Of a stretch of DNA of 64,000 bases, positions 28,503 through 47,520 are shown one piece after another. The stretch comes from the human T2T-CHM13v2.0 reference genome, Homo sapiens: assembly GCF_009914755.1 (NCBI RefSeq), contig NC_060936.1. One strand, written 5' to 3'. A program made the position numbers and the translations under genes. Positions within the stretch are counted from its first letter, which is position 1; each line of letters starts with the position of its first letter. Under the pieces are notes generated by a model. The model saw only the letters and a program-made list of their open reading frames with translations, was not told the origin of the DNA and ran no database searches.

Positions 28503-29210
28503 GGTTTTAGTGAAGGTTCTACAGAGAGATAGAACTAATAGACATATATATACACACACACATATATATACACATATATAGACATATGTATAATAGACAT
28601 ATATGGATATAGATAATAAACATATATATAGACATATATATCTAACTATATCTGTATATATATGGATTTAGTAAGGGGATTGGTTCACATAATTCTGGTG
28701 GCTGAGAAGTTACGTGATAGACTATCTGTAAACTGGCTTCCCTGGGATACCAGTAGAGTGGCTCAGGCAAGAAGCTTCAAAATCCAGGAGGCTACTGGTG
28801 TAAGTCCTGAAGTCCAAAGGCCAGCAAGCCTGCAGTTCTGATGTCCAAGGCAGCAGAAGAAAGGTCTTTTCCAGATCACAGAGGGAGAGCCTTCTGTATT
28901 TGTTCTCTCTGGGTCCCCAGCTGATTAAATTGGATGATGCCCACCAACGTGGAGCGCAAAACTCCTCCACCTAATACACCAGATTTACACACGAATTTCT
29001 TCTGGAAACACCTCACAGACACACCCAGAATAATGATTTACCAGATTTCTGGGTATTCTTTAATCCAGCCAAGTTGATGCCTAAAATTAAATCCACAGGT
29101 CCACCCATTGTCAGCTTGGCACCCATATGCTTCTCCTTAAACCATACTTAATTTCCAAAGGAAGACAAAAACACAGTGATAATTCTGCCTGATATGATAC
29201 AACTATCCTG
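28503..29210 (-). mobile_element. MLT2B-type ERV-L LTR (28503-29097) plus adjacent ERV-L internal 3' fragment (29098-29210), inside Ricksha
   Basis: 'ggttctacagagagatagaactaatag', internal (TA)n, 'ggaaacacctcacagacacacccagaataat..aagttgatgcctaaaattaa..aca', then 'ccacccattgtcagcttggcaccc'. Confidence 0.88.
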
Positions 29211-29337
29211 TGATTGTGATTTTAGGGATTTTGGACATTAAGGAGTTTCAGACATTAAGGATTTAGACTTCAGGGATTTTGATCATTTGGGATTACGGCA
29301 TTCAGGATTGTGTCTTTCAGAACTGGGATCCAAACCT

Positions 29338-29790
29338 GTGATTCTCCTTCCCAAAGCACTCCCGTCTAATAATGAGATAAACATCAGGCAAATTTCAACA
29401 CAGAGGCTCCTACAACATACAAGATTCGTACTTCTGAAAACTAAGTTCATCAAAACCAAGAAAACTGAGAAACTCACTGTCAAGAGGAGCCTAATAAGAC
29501 AAATAAATATAATGTGTTATCCTGGGTGAAATCCTAGAACAGAAAGATGGCATTAAGTAAAAGCTAAGGAAATCTGAATGAAATATAGACTTCAGTTTAA
29601 TAATAGTGAATCAAAGTTGGGTTATTAATTGTAACAAATGTAGCATACTAATGTAAGAAATATAAGCCAGGTTTTATAGTAGGAAAACCTGGCTGTGAGC
29701 GGTATATGAGAAATTTTGTATTAATAGTAACTGCTCAATTTTTCTATACATCTAAAACTGTTCTAAAACCAAGTCTGTTAATAAAAATTT
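29338..29790 (+). mobile_element. L1MC1/2-like 3'UTR
   Basis: 'tcatcaaaaccaagaaaactgagaaac..atcctagaacagaaa..aaggaaatctgaatgaa..tctaaaactgttctaaaa'. Confidence 0.8.
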
Positions 29791-30742
29791 AAAAGTCAAT
29801 GATAAAATTATAGTAAGTGTTTTTATTTTGTTACTGTATTAGGGTTCATTTACAAATAACTTCTCATGACTCAGCAGGAGAATCTGAGAATAAACTAACG
29901 ACCTGCACATGAAAACTTTGAGCCAGATATTTTAAGCTGAACAGAGAACAAGATAAAGCTGGCTCTCTTTTAAACATTTAGCATTTGAAGAGATTCAAAG
30001 GAAGACATCTTTCTACAGCAAATAAATTTAAATATTTAAATTGTTATCAAGTAAAGTTGTAAAATTTCTTCTTCTGCAGGTGTTCATAAATAAGATTTTT
30101 TTTCCGATGTAATCTAATCAGGAGACAAAGTGATGGATGAGGTGACTTAGATTTGCTGCTTCTGATAAATTTAATATTACAGTAGTAAGTTGCCATCCTG
30201 AAGAAAATAATTGAACATTGGAAAATGATGAATAGTAGTAGGAAGACATGACATAGATGAAATAGAGGCTTACACTGTACTTTAAACTATCAGCATGATG
30301 AAAAGCCTGCATTTTGGTACTGGACAGGTATTTATGTTCATTTCATAATGTCAAAAATCCATTCATTCAATGATACCTTTGTTCAACATTGTCCATAATT
30401 AATACACTTTCCTAGTTGGTAGGTGTTAATACATTTTTAATAAAATTCTTGTTTGTAAAAGAGAATATTTGAAATTTTAGAATAAAAATAATGATGGTTT
30501 CCTGCCATTTTTTTTTCCAAAAACCATCTCCAGGGTTATAACTTATTAAAAAATTTTGTTGTGATTAGTTAAATACAAGAACAAAGGAAAGGCAAATCTA
30601 TATTTTGGCATTCCTCGTTTACAAATTAATACTTTCTCAACGGTGATGAGCTATTACTATATACTTAATGAAACTGCTATTTTTTTTTTTTTTTTTTTAC
30701 AAAATGGCATATGATTTATTTAGTCATTAAAAGAGTACAGCT

Positions 30743-31029
<287 letters not shown>

Positions 31030-31145
31030 AAAAGAGTACAGCTATATTTTAAATTTAGTTAGTGAATCATCATCATAAGTTTCATGGTAATGCCTAAATT
31101 CAGTGGGCTTAAAGTTTTAAAATGTCTATGTGTCTTTAAAAATAC

Positions 31146-32115
31146 TTCAATAGCTTTAGGGATACAAATAATTTCTGGTTATATGGATGAATTGTATAGT
31201 GGTGAAATCTGTACTTCTACTGTACACATCACCTGAATATTGTGCACTATACCAAATAGGTAATGTTTTATCCCTCACCCTCCCACCTTACCGGCTTCTG
31301 AGTTTGTAGTGTTCATTACACTGCCTTTGCATACCCATAGCTTAGATTCCACTTATAAGTGGGAGCATGCGGTAATTGGTTTTTCCTTCCTGAGTTACTT
31401 CACTTAGGATAATGGTCTCCAGTTCCATTAAAGTTGCTGCAAAAGACATTCTTTCATTCCTCTTTATGGCTCAATAGTATTCCATGGTATATGTGCTACA
31501 TTTTCTTTATCCACTCATTAGTTGATGGACACTTACGTTGATACCGTATTTTTTCAATTGTGAATTGTGCTTCAATAAACATATATATGAAGGTTTCATT
31601 TTGCTATAACAACTTATTTTGCTTTGGGCTAGATATCCGGTAGTGGGATTCCTGGATTGAATGGTAGATCTACTTTTAGTTCTTTGAGGAATCTCCATTC
31701 TGTTTTTCATAGAGGTTGTACTAATTTACATTCCCACCAGCCGTGTATAAGCGTTCTCTTTCACCATATCCATTCCAGCATATATCGTTTGACTTTTAAA
31801 TAATGGCCATTCAGGCTGGAGTAAGGTGGTATTTCATTGTAGTTTTAATTTGCATTTTCCTAATGATTACTGAGATTTTGCATTTCTTCATGTGCTTGTT
31901 GGCCACTTGTATATCCTCTTTTTAGAAATTTCTGTTCATGTACTTTGCCCACGTTTTAATGGGATTATTTGTTTTTTTCTTGATGATTTGTTGAGTTCCT
32001 TGTAGATTCTAGCTGTTATCCTTTTGTTGATGTATAAGTCACAACTATTTTCTCTTATTCTGTAGGTCGTTTATTTACTCTGTTACTTATTTCTTTTGAT
32101 GTGGAGAAGCTTTTT
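31146..32115 (-). mobile_element. L1PB(3/4)-like, 3' segment (continues at 45607)
   Basis: L1PB 3'UTR 'ttcaatagctttagggatacaaata..atggatgaattgtatagtggtg'; ORF2 C-terminal relic stops at 'gagaagcttttt'. Confidence 0.85.
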
Positions 32116-35100
32116 CCTTAAAAAAAATTGTGGGTACATAGTGTGTGTATATATTTATGAGTTACATGAGATATTTTGATACCGGTGTATAGCGTGTAAT
32201 AATCACACCAGGGTAAATGAAGTACCCATCACCTCAACCACTTATCTTTTCTTTATGTGACAAACAATCCAATTATACTTTTGTAATTATTTAACAAAGT
32301 AAAATAAATTATTGTTCACCGTAGTTACCCTGTTGTCCTATCAAATACTAGATATTATTCATTCTATTTAAATATATTTTTGTGCCCACTAATCATCATC
32401 ATTTCCACTTCCCACTACCCTTCTCAGACTTTGGTAACCATGATTCCACTGTTTATTTCATGAGTTAAATTGTTTTAATTTTTTTTAGCTCCCACAAATA
32501 AGTGATAATGTGTGGTTTGTCTTTCTGTGTGTGGATTATTTCATTTAATATAATTGGATCCCAGTTCCATCCAGGTTAGTGCAAATGACACAAACTCATT
32601 TTTTATAGCTGAATAGTAATCAATTGTGTATATGTGCTAAAATCTCTTTATCCATTCATCTGTTGATGGACACTTAGCTTGCTTTCAAATGTTGGTTATT
32701 GTGAAATTAGAGTGCAGCTATCTGTTTGATATACAGATATTCTTTCTTTGGGGTGTATACCTAACAGTGAGATTGTGGAATAATATGGTAGTTCTATTTT
32801 TACTTTTTTGAGGAACTTCTAAACTGTTCTCCATAGTGGTTGTACTAATATACATTCCCCTTTCTCTACATCATTGCCAGCATTTGCTATTGGCTGTCTT
32901 TCAGATGAAAGCCATTTTAACTGGGGTAAAATTATATTTCATTGTAGTTTTGATTAGCATTTATCTGATGATCATTGATGTTAAGCACCTTTTCATATAC
33001 TTGTGTGCCATTTGTTTGTCTTTTTTAGGAGAAATGTCTATTCAGATCTTTTGCCCATTTTCAATCAGACTATTAGATTTTTTTTCCCTATTGAGTTGCT
33101 TGAGCTCTTTATGTATTCTGTTCATTAATCCCTTGTAAGATGAATTGTTTGCAAATATTTTCTCCCATTATATGGGTTTTCTCTTCACTTTTTTGGTTGT
33201 TTCCTTCTCTGTGAAGAAAGGATTTAACTTGTTGTTACTCCGTTGTTTATTTTTGCTTTGGTTGCTTGCACTTGTGGGGTATTATTCGAAACATCTTTGC
33301 CATTCCAGTGTCCTGGAGTTTCCCCAAAGTTTTCCATACCAGTTTCACAGTTTGAGGTCTTAGATTTAAATATTAAATCCAGTTTGATTTAGTTTTTGTA
33401 TATGGTGAGAGATAGGGGTCTAATTTTATTCTTTTGCATATGGATAAGTCCAATTTTCCCAGCACTATTTATTGAAGAGACAGTCCTTTTTCCAATATAT
33501 GTTTCTGGCAGCTTTGTTGAAAATGAATTCACTGTAGATGTATGGATTGGTTTCTGGGTTCTCTATTCTGTTCCATTGATCTATGTGACTGTTTTTGTGC
33601 CAGTACCATGCTATTTTTGTAACTATAACTCTATAGTATAATTTGAAGTTGGGTAATGTGATTCCTCCAGTTTTCTTTTGACTGTTCTGGGCCTTCTGTG
33701 TTTTCATGTAAATTTTAATATTACTTTTTTCTATTTCTTGGAAGAATGTCATTGGTATTTTGCTAGAGATTTCACTGAATCTGTAGATTGCTTTTGATAC
33801 TATAGACATTTTAACATTATTGGATTCTTTCAATCAATGAACATGGAATATCTTTCAAATTTTTGTGTCCTCTTTAATTTCTTGCATCAGTGTTTTATAG
33901 TTTTCATTGTTGAGATCTTTTACTTCTTTGGTTAAGTTTGTCCCTAGGTATTTTATTTTATTTGTAGCTATTATAAATAGGATTACTTCTTTGATTTCTT
34001 TTTCAGATTGTTCAGTATTGGCATATTGAAATGTTACTGACTTTTGTGTGTTAATTTTGTATCCTGCAAATTTACTTAATTCATTTATCAATTCTAATAG
34101 TTTTTTTTGTGGTGTCTTAAGATTTTTCCAAATATGAGATTTTATCATCTGCAAACAAGAATAACTTGACTTCTTCCTTTCTAACTTGGAGACACTTTAT
34201 TTCTCTTTCTTGTCAGATTGATCTAGCTAGGACTTTGAGTACTTTGTTGAATAACAGTGGTGAAAGTGGACATCCTTTTGTTGTTCCAGATCTTAGAGGA
34301 AATACTTTCAGATATTTCCCATTTATTATGATACTATCTATGGGTCTGTTAGATGTGGATTTTATTGTTTTAAAGAATTTCCTTCTATTCCCAGGTTCTT
34401 GAGAATTTTTATCATAAATGGTGTTGAATTTTATCAAATGTCTTTTCAGCATTGATTAAAATGATCATATGTATTTGCCCTTCATTTTGTTGCTGTGATG
34501 TATCATGTTGATTAATTTGTGTATGTTGAACCATCCTTCAATCCCTGGGGTAAATCCCTCTTGGTCATGATGAAGAATCCTTTTAAATGATTTTGCTTTT
34601 TCTAGTATTTTATTGAAGCTTTTGCATCAATATTAAACAGATATATTGGCCTGTAGTTTTCTTTTGTCTTCTTTTTTATTTTTTGATTTATTTTTCTAGT
34701 TCGGTATCAGGGTAATACTTGCCTTACAGAATGAGTTTAGAGGTAGTTTCTCCTCTTATTTTTGGAAATGTTTGAGTAGGATTGGTATTAGTTCTTTAAA
34801 TATTTGGTAAAATTCAGCAGTGAAGCCATCTGGCCCTTGGGTTTTCATTACTGGGAGAATTTTGTTATTTCTTTGATCTCATTAGTTGTAACAGCTCTGT
34901 TCAGGTTTTAGATTTCTTCATGGCTAAATCTTTCTAGGTTGTATGTGTCTATAAATTTATCCATTTCTTCTGTGTTTTCTGATTTACTGGCATACAGTTG
35001 CTCATATTAGTCTCTAACAATCCATTGAATTTCTACAGTATTGGTTGTAATGTCTGGTTTTTCATCTGTGATTTTATTTATTTGGATCTTCTCTTTTTTT

Positions 35101-35386
35101 TCTTAGTTTGGCTAAAGGTTTGTTAATTTTGTTTGTCTTTTCAAAACAACTAGTGTTTCATTGATGTTTTGTATTTTTCATTTTAATTTCATTTATTTTG
35201 GCACTGATATTTATTATTTATTTTCTCCTACTAACTTGGGATTATATTTGCTCTTCCTTTACTAGTTCTTTAAGATGCATCATTAGGTTCTTTAAGTTTT
35301 TCCACTTTTTTGATGTAGTGCTTATTGCTATTAACATTCTTTTTATTACTGCTTTTGTTTTATGCCATATTTTTTCATATGTTGTG

Positions 35387-35768
35387 TGATATGGTTTGGC
35401 TCCATGTCCTCATCTTAAGCCCATCTTGAATTGTAATCTCTACATGTCATGGGAGGGGCCTGGTGGAAGGTGATTGAATCATGGGGATGAACATCACCCT
35501 TGCTGTTCTTGTGCTGGTGAGTTCTCAGGAGATTTAGGTGTTTGAAGGTGTGTGGCACTTCCCACTTTGCTCTCTCTCTCTCCTGCTCCACCATGGTAAG
35601 ACGTGCTGGCTTCCTCTTCATCTTTCACCATGATTGTATGTTTCCTGAGGCCTCCTAGTCATGCTTCCTGTTAAGCCTGTGGAACTGTGAGTTAATTAAA
35701 CCTCTTTTCTTCATTAATTACCCAGTCTCAGGTAGTTCTTTATAGCAGTGTGAGAACAGACTAATACA
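35387..35768 (+). mobile_element. MSTA MaLR solo LTR inserted in L1MA
   Basis: tgatatggtttggc...gaacagactaataca; 5-bp TSD ttgtg/tagtg. Confidence 0.92.
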
Positions 35769-36803
35769 TAGTGTTTCCACTTTCATAAAGACTTTTAATG
35801 TTCCTGTTTTTTTACTGACTTACTGATTATTCAGGAGCATATTTTTAAATTTCTATGTGTTTCTGTAGTTTCCAAAATTCCTCTTGTTATTGATGTCTAA
35901 TTTTATTCCATTGTGGTCAGATAAGATATCTGATATAATTTTAATTCTTTGAAATTTTTAAGACTTATCTTGTGGCCTAATACATGGTCTGTCTTTGAGA
36001 ATGATTTATGTGCTAAGGTGAAGAATGTGTATTCTGCAGCCATTGAGTGATATGTTCTAAAAATATCTATTGGGTTCATTTGGTCTCAGCGCAGATTAAG
36101 TTTCTGTGTTAATTTTCTGTCTGGATCACCTATCCAATGTTGAAAGTGGGGTGCTGTAGTCTTCAGTTATTATTGTATTGGGAAGTAGCTCTCTTTAACT
36201 TCATTAATATTTGCTTGAGATAACTGGGTGCTCCAGTGATGGGTGCATATATATTTACAATTGTTATATGCTCATGCTAAATTGACCCCTTTATTATTAT
36301 AGAGTTACCTCATATTTTATTCTTATTGTCTTAAAATCTATTTTGTCTGATATGATTATGACTATTCTTTATTTTTTTGGTTTCTATTTGCATGGAATAT
36401 TTTTTCCCATTCATTTATTTTTGGTCTACGGTGTTTTTATAGGTGAAGTGTTTTTCTAGTAGGCAATAGATCATTGGACAATTTTCTTATTTTTTCCTTT
36501 TTTTATTAAACCCCTGATTGTATATTTTTTCTTTGTTTCTTTTTTTTTTTGAGATGGAGTTCTGCTCTTTATGTATTCATTTATTTATTATTATTATTAT
36601 TATACTTTAAGTTTTAGGGTACATGTACAAAATGTGCAGGTTAGATACATATGTACACATGTGCCATGCTGGTGCACCGCAACCACCAACTCGTCATCTA
36701 GCATTAGGTATATCTCCCAATGCTATCCCTCCCCCCTCCCCCCACCCCACAACAGTCCCCAGAGTGTGATGTTCCCCTTCCTGTGTCCATGTGTTCTCAT
36801 TGT

Positions 36804-40632
<3,829 letters not shown>

Positions 40633-40697
40633 TTTGATGATGTTAGCTGGTTCTTTTGCTCGTTAGTGATGCAGTTTCTTCCTAGTCTCAATGGTCT

Positions 40698-41714
40698 TTA
40701 CATTTTGGCATGATTATGCAGTGGCTGGTACCGGTTGTTCATTTCCATGTTTAGCGCTTCCTTCAGGAGCTCTTTTAGGGCAGGCCTGGTGGTGACAAAA
40801 TCTCTCAGCATTTGCTTGTCTGTAAAGTATTTTATTTCTCCTTCACTTATGAAGCTTAGTTTGGCTGGATATGAAATTCTGGGTTGAAAATTCTTTTCTT
40901 TAAGAATGTTGAATATTGGCTCCCACTCTCTTCTGGCTTGTAGGGTTTCTGCCGAGAGATCCGCCATTAGTCTGATGGGCTTTCCTTTGAGGGTAACCTG
41001 ACCTTTCTCTCTGGCTGCCCTTAACATTTTTTCCTTCATTTCAACTTTGGTGAATCTGACAATTATGTGTCTTGGAGTTGCTCTTCTCGAGGAGTATCTT
41101 TGCAGCATTCTCTGTATTTCCTGAATCTGAATGTTGGCCTGCCTTGCTAGATTGGGGAAGTTCTCCTGGATAATATCCTGCAGAGTGATTTCCAACTTGG
41201 TTCCATTCTCCCCGTCACTTTCAGGTACACCAATCAGATGTAGATTTGGTCTTTTCACATAGTCCCATATTTATTGGAGGCTTTGCTCGTTTCTTTTTAT
41301 TCTTTTTTCTCTAAACTTCCCTTCTCGCTTAATTTCATTCATTTCATCTTCCATCGCTGATACCCTTTCTTCCAGTTGATCGCATCGGCTCCTGAGGCTT
41401 CTGCATTCTTCACGTAGTTCTCGAGCCTTGGTTTTCAGCTCCATCAGCTCCTTTAAGCACTTCTCTGTATTGGTTATTCTAGTTATACATTCTTCTAAAT
41501 TTTTTTCAAAGTTTTCAACTTCTTTGCCTTTGGTTTGAATGTCCTCCCGTAGCTCAGAGTAATTTGATCGCCTGAAGCCTTCTTCTCTCAGCTCATCAAA
41601 GTCATTCTCCATCCAGCTTCATTCCATTGTTAGTGAGGAACTGCGTTCCTTTGGAGGAGGAGAGGTGCTCTGCTTTTTAGAGTTTCCAGTTTTTCTGCTC
41701 TGTTTTTTCCCCAT
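40698..41714 (-). pseudogene. L1 ORF1p, disrupted by premature stops
   Basis: ORFs 41271-41612 (coiled coil) and 40698-41258 (RRM/CTD, YPAKLS); ATG at 41714; stops near 41620 and at 41271. Confidence 0.93.
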
Positions 41715-42386
41715 CTTTGTGGTTTTTATCTACTTTTGGTCTTTGATGATGGTGATGCACAGATGGGTTTTTGGTGTGGATGTCCTTTCTGTGTGTTAGT
41801 TTTCCTTCCAACAGACAGGACCCTCAGCTGCAGGTCTGTTGGAGTACCTGGCCGTGTGAGGTGTCAGTCTGCCCCTGCTGGGGGATGCCTCCTAGTTAGG
41901 GTGCTCGGGGGTCAGGGATCAGGGACCCACCTGAGGAGGCAGTCTGCCCGTTCTCAGATCTCCAGCTGCATGCTGGGAGAACCACTGCTCTCTTCAAAGC
42001 TATCAGGGACATTTAAGTCTGCAGAAGTTACTGCTTTTTGTTTGTCTGTGCCCTGCCCCCAGAGGTGGAGCCTACAGAAGCAGGCAGGCCTCCTTGAGCT
42101 GTGGTGGGCTCCACCCAGTTCGAGCTTCCTGGCTGGCTGCTTTGTTTACCTAAGCAAGCCTGGGCAATGGCAGGTGCCCTCCCCTAGCCTGGCTGCCACC
42201 TTGCAGTTTGATTTCAGACTGCTGTGCTAGCAAACAGTGATACTCCGTGGGTGTAGGACCCTCCGATACAGGTGCAGGATATAATCCCCTGGTGCGCCGT
42301 TTTTTAAGCCTGTCGGAAAAGCGCAGTATTCGGGTGGGAGTGACCCGATTTTCCAGGTGCCGTCTGTCACTCCTTTCTTAGACTAG

Positions 42387-42782
<396 letters not shown>

Positions 42783-45121
42783 TAGTAGAGATGGGGTTTC
42801 GTCATGTTGGCCAGGATGGTCTCAAACTCCTGACCTTGTGATCCGCCCACCTTGGCCTCCCAAAGTGCTGGGATTACAGGCATGAGCCACCGTGCCAGGC
42901 CCCCGATTGTATATTTTCAAATATCTGTCTTTAAGCTTGCTAATTCTTTCTTCTGCTCTACCAATTCTACTGTTTAGCAACTCTAACAGAATTGTCAGTA
43001 TGTCAGTTGCATTTTTTAGCTCCAGAATTTCTTCTTGTTTTTAATTATTTCAATGTCTGTTAAATTTATCTGATAGAATACTAAATTTCTTCTCTGTGCT
43101 ATCTTCAATTTTATAAAGTTTCCTAGAAACAGTTATTTTTAATTCTGTGTCTGAAAAGTCACATCTCTGTCTCTCCTAGACTGGTCACTGGTGACTTATT
43201 TATTTCGTTTGCTGAGGTCATGTTTTCTGGATAGCATTGATGCCTGTGAATTTTTATCAATGTCTGAACATCGAAGATTTAGGTATTTTTGTAGTACTCA
43301 CAGTTTGCATTTGTTTGTATCTGTCCTTCTTGGGTAGGCTTTTCCATGTATTCACAGGGATTTGGGTGTTGTGATCTAAGTCTTTGGTCACTGCAGCCAT
43401 TTCTGTTTTAGGAGGCACTGCAAAACCAGTTATGCTGTGGATCCTCCAGGCTTGTAGAGGAACTACCTTGCTGGTCTGGAATAAGATATTGGAAAGTTGC
43501 TTGGATTACTAGGCAGAGACTTTTCTTGTCTTCCCTAATTTTCTCTCAAATCAATGGAGTGTCTCTCTCTCTGCACTGAGCTTCATGCAGCTAGAGAATT
43601 GCATCTTTGTAGACAATACTACTGGAACTGTACTTGGTCAGTCCTGTTTTCAGCACAGCACTGGGTCTCCCTAAAGGCTCACGATGACAACTGCCTGGCT
43701 ACTGCTGATGTTCACTCAAGGCTCAAGGGCTCTACAATCAGCAGGTGACATATTCAGCCAGTCTTTCATCCTTTCCTTCAGGGCAGTGAGTTTCCTCTGG
43801 TCCTGGGCTGGTTCAAAGATGCCATCCAGGAGCAAGGGCCTGGAGCCAGAAACCCTTGGAATCTACTTGGTCCTTTATTCTACTACAGCTGAACTGGCAT
43901 CCATGCTACATGACAAAGTTCTTTCCACTTTCCCTTCCCCTTTTCTTAAGCAGTAGATTCTCTCCCCATGGCCACCACCAGCTCAGACCTATGACAACTA
44001 CCGCCTGGCTACTGCTTATGTCCACTCAATGCCCAAGTTCCTTTAGTTAGCTTTTGGTGAATGCTGCCAGGCTTGAGTCGCTCCCTTCTGGGCAATGGGC
44101 TTCCTTCTGGCTCAGAGTGTGTTCAGAAATGCTGTCCAGTAGCCAAGGTCTTAAATTGGCAACTGCTAAAATCCCCTACCCAATTTTGGCCAAGCCAGTG
44201 CCCAAGCTGCAAGACAATATCCTCTTTATACTTTTCTCTCATTTCTTCAAGCATATTTGGTCTCTTCCTGTAGCTACCATGCTGGTGATGTGCTGGGTCA
44301 CACCTTAAGACAGCATAGCTCTGAGTCTCATCCAGGACCTATGGCAAGTACTGCCTGGTTACCACTACTGATTATTCAGGGACCCTAGGGCTCTTTATTC
44401 AGCAGGTGATAGGTCAAAGCAGCTGGTTCTCTTCTGACCCAGGGTGTATTTAGAAATATTGTCCATGAGCTAGGTCCTGGAATAGGGGCCTCCGAACTCT
44501 GCCTGGTGCCCTATTCTACTGTGGGTAATCTGGTGTCCATATTTCAAGTCAAAGTTATCTTTACTCTCTTCTCTTGTCTCCTCACTCAGAGGGAAGGGGT
44601 CTCTCCAGGAGCCATGAGCTGTGCTGCCTGGCATTGAGGAAAGGTTGATGCAGGCAATCCTGGCTGTTCCACCTAGTATCTCACTAGTTTATATGCACCC
44701 CAAGTCCACTGGCTCCAAGCCCAGCACAACAAAAGGACTCGCCCAGCAATTGCAATCTTTGTGGCCCAGACTACTTTTCAAGTTTATTTAGAAACCCAGA
44801 ACAAGTTAGCCTAGAGTGGCAGGACTTGCCAGAACTCAGGTTCCAACCTCTGGATGGACAATGAACAATTCCCTTCTAGCTAGAGCTTGTCTAAGTGCTC
44901 CCTCTGTGAGCACTGGCTGAATTGTTCCCTGAATCACTTTCTGATGTGTTTGACAGCACAATGCAAAATCCCCAATCACTGTCCTCTTTCTCACCCATGT
45001 GCACAGATTCTCTCTCCATGCTACTGGGCCATTGCTAGGGGATATAGAAAATGAGTAATGTACATGGTTCAAGAATACTTTTCCTACCATCTTCAGTGCC
45101 TCTTCCCTCAATATGATGTTA

Positions 45122-46350
<1,229 letters not shown>

Positions 46351-46391
46351 TTTTTCTTTGGAGCCCTTTTAAAAAAACTTGAGAACAGCTA

Positions 46392-47520
<1,129 letters not shown>

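Larger units (their letters stand above)
26584..29337 (-). mobile_element. Ricksha (MULE/MuDR) DNA transposon; left TIR truncated
   Basis: Right TIR with (GGGATT)-rich repeats ending 'gatccaaacc'; inner left TIR 'agatcgaaatcccaaaaatataattctgg'; internal MULE transposase relic and MLT2/ERV-L insert. Confidence 0.85.

Noticed and set aside
42167-42380. L1 ORF0 antisense peptide
   Set aside because: ATG is present at 42167, but a 1-bp loss gives MAGALP-stop.
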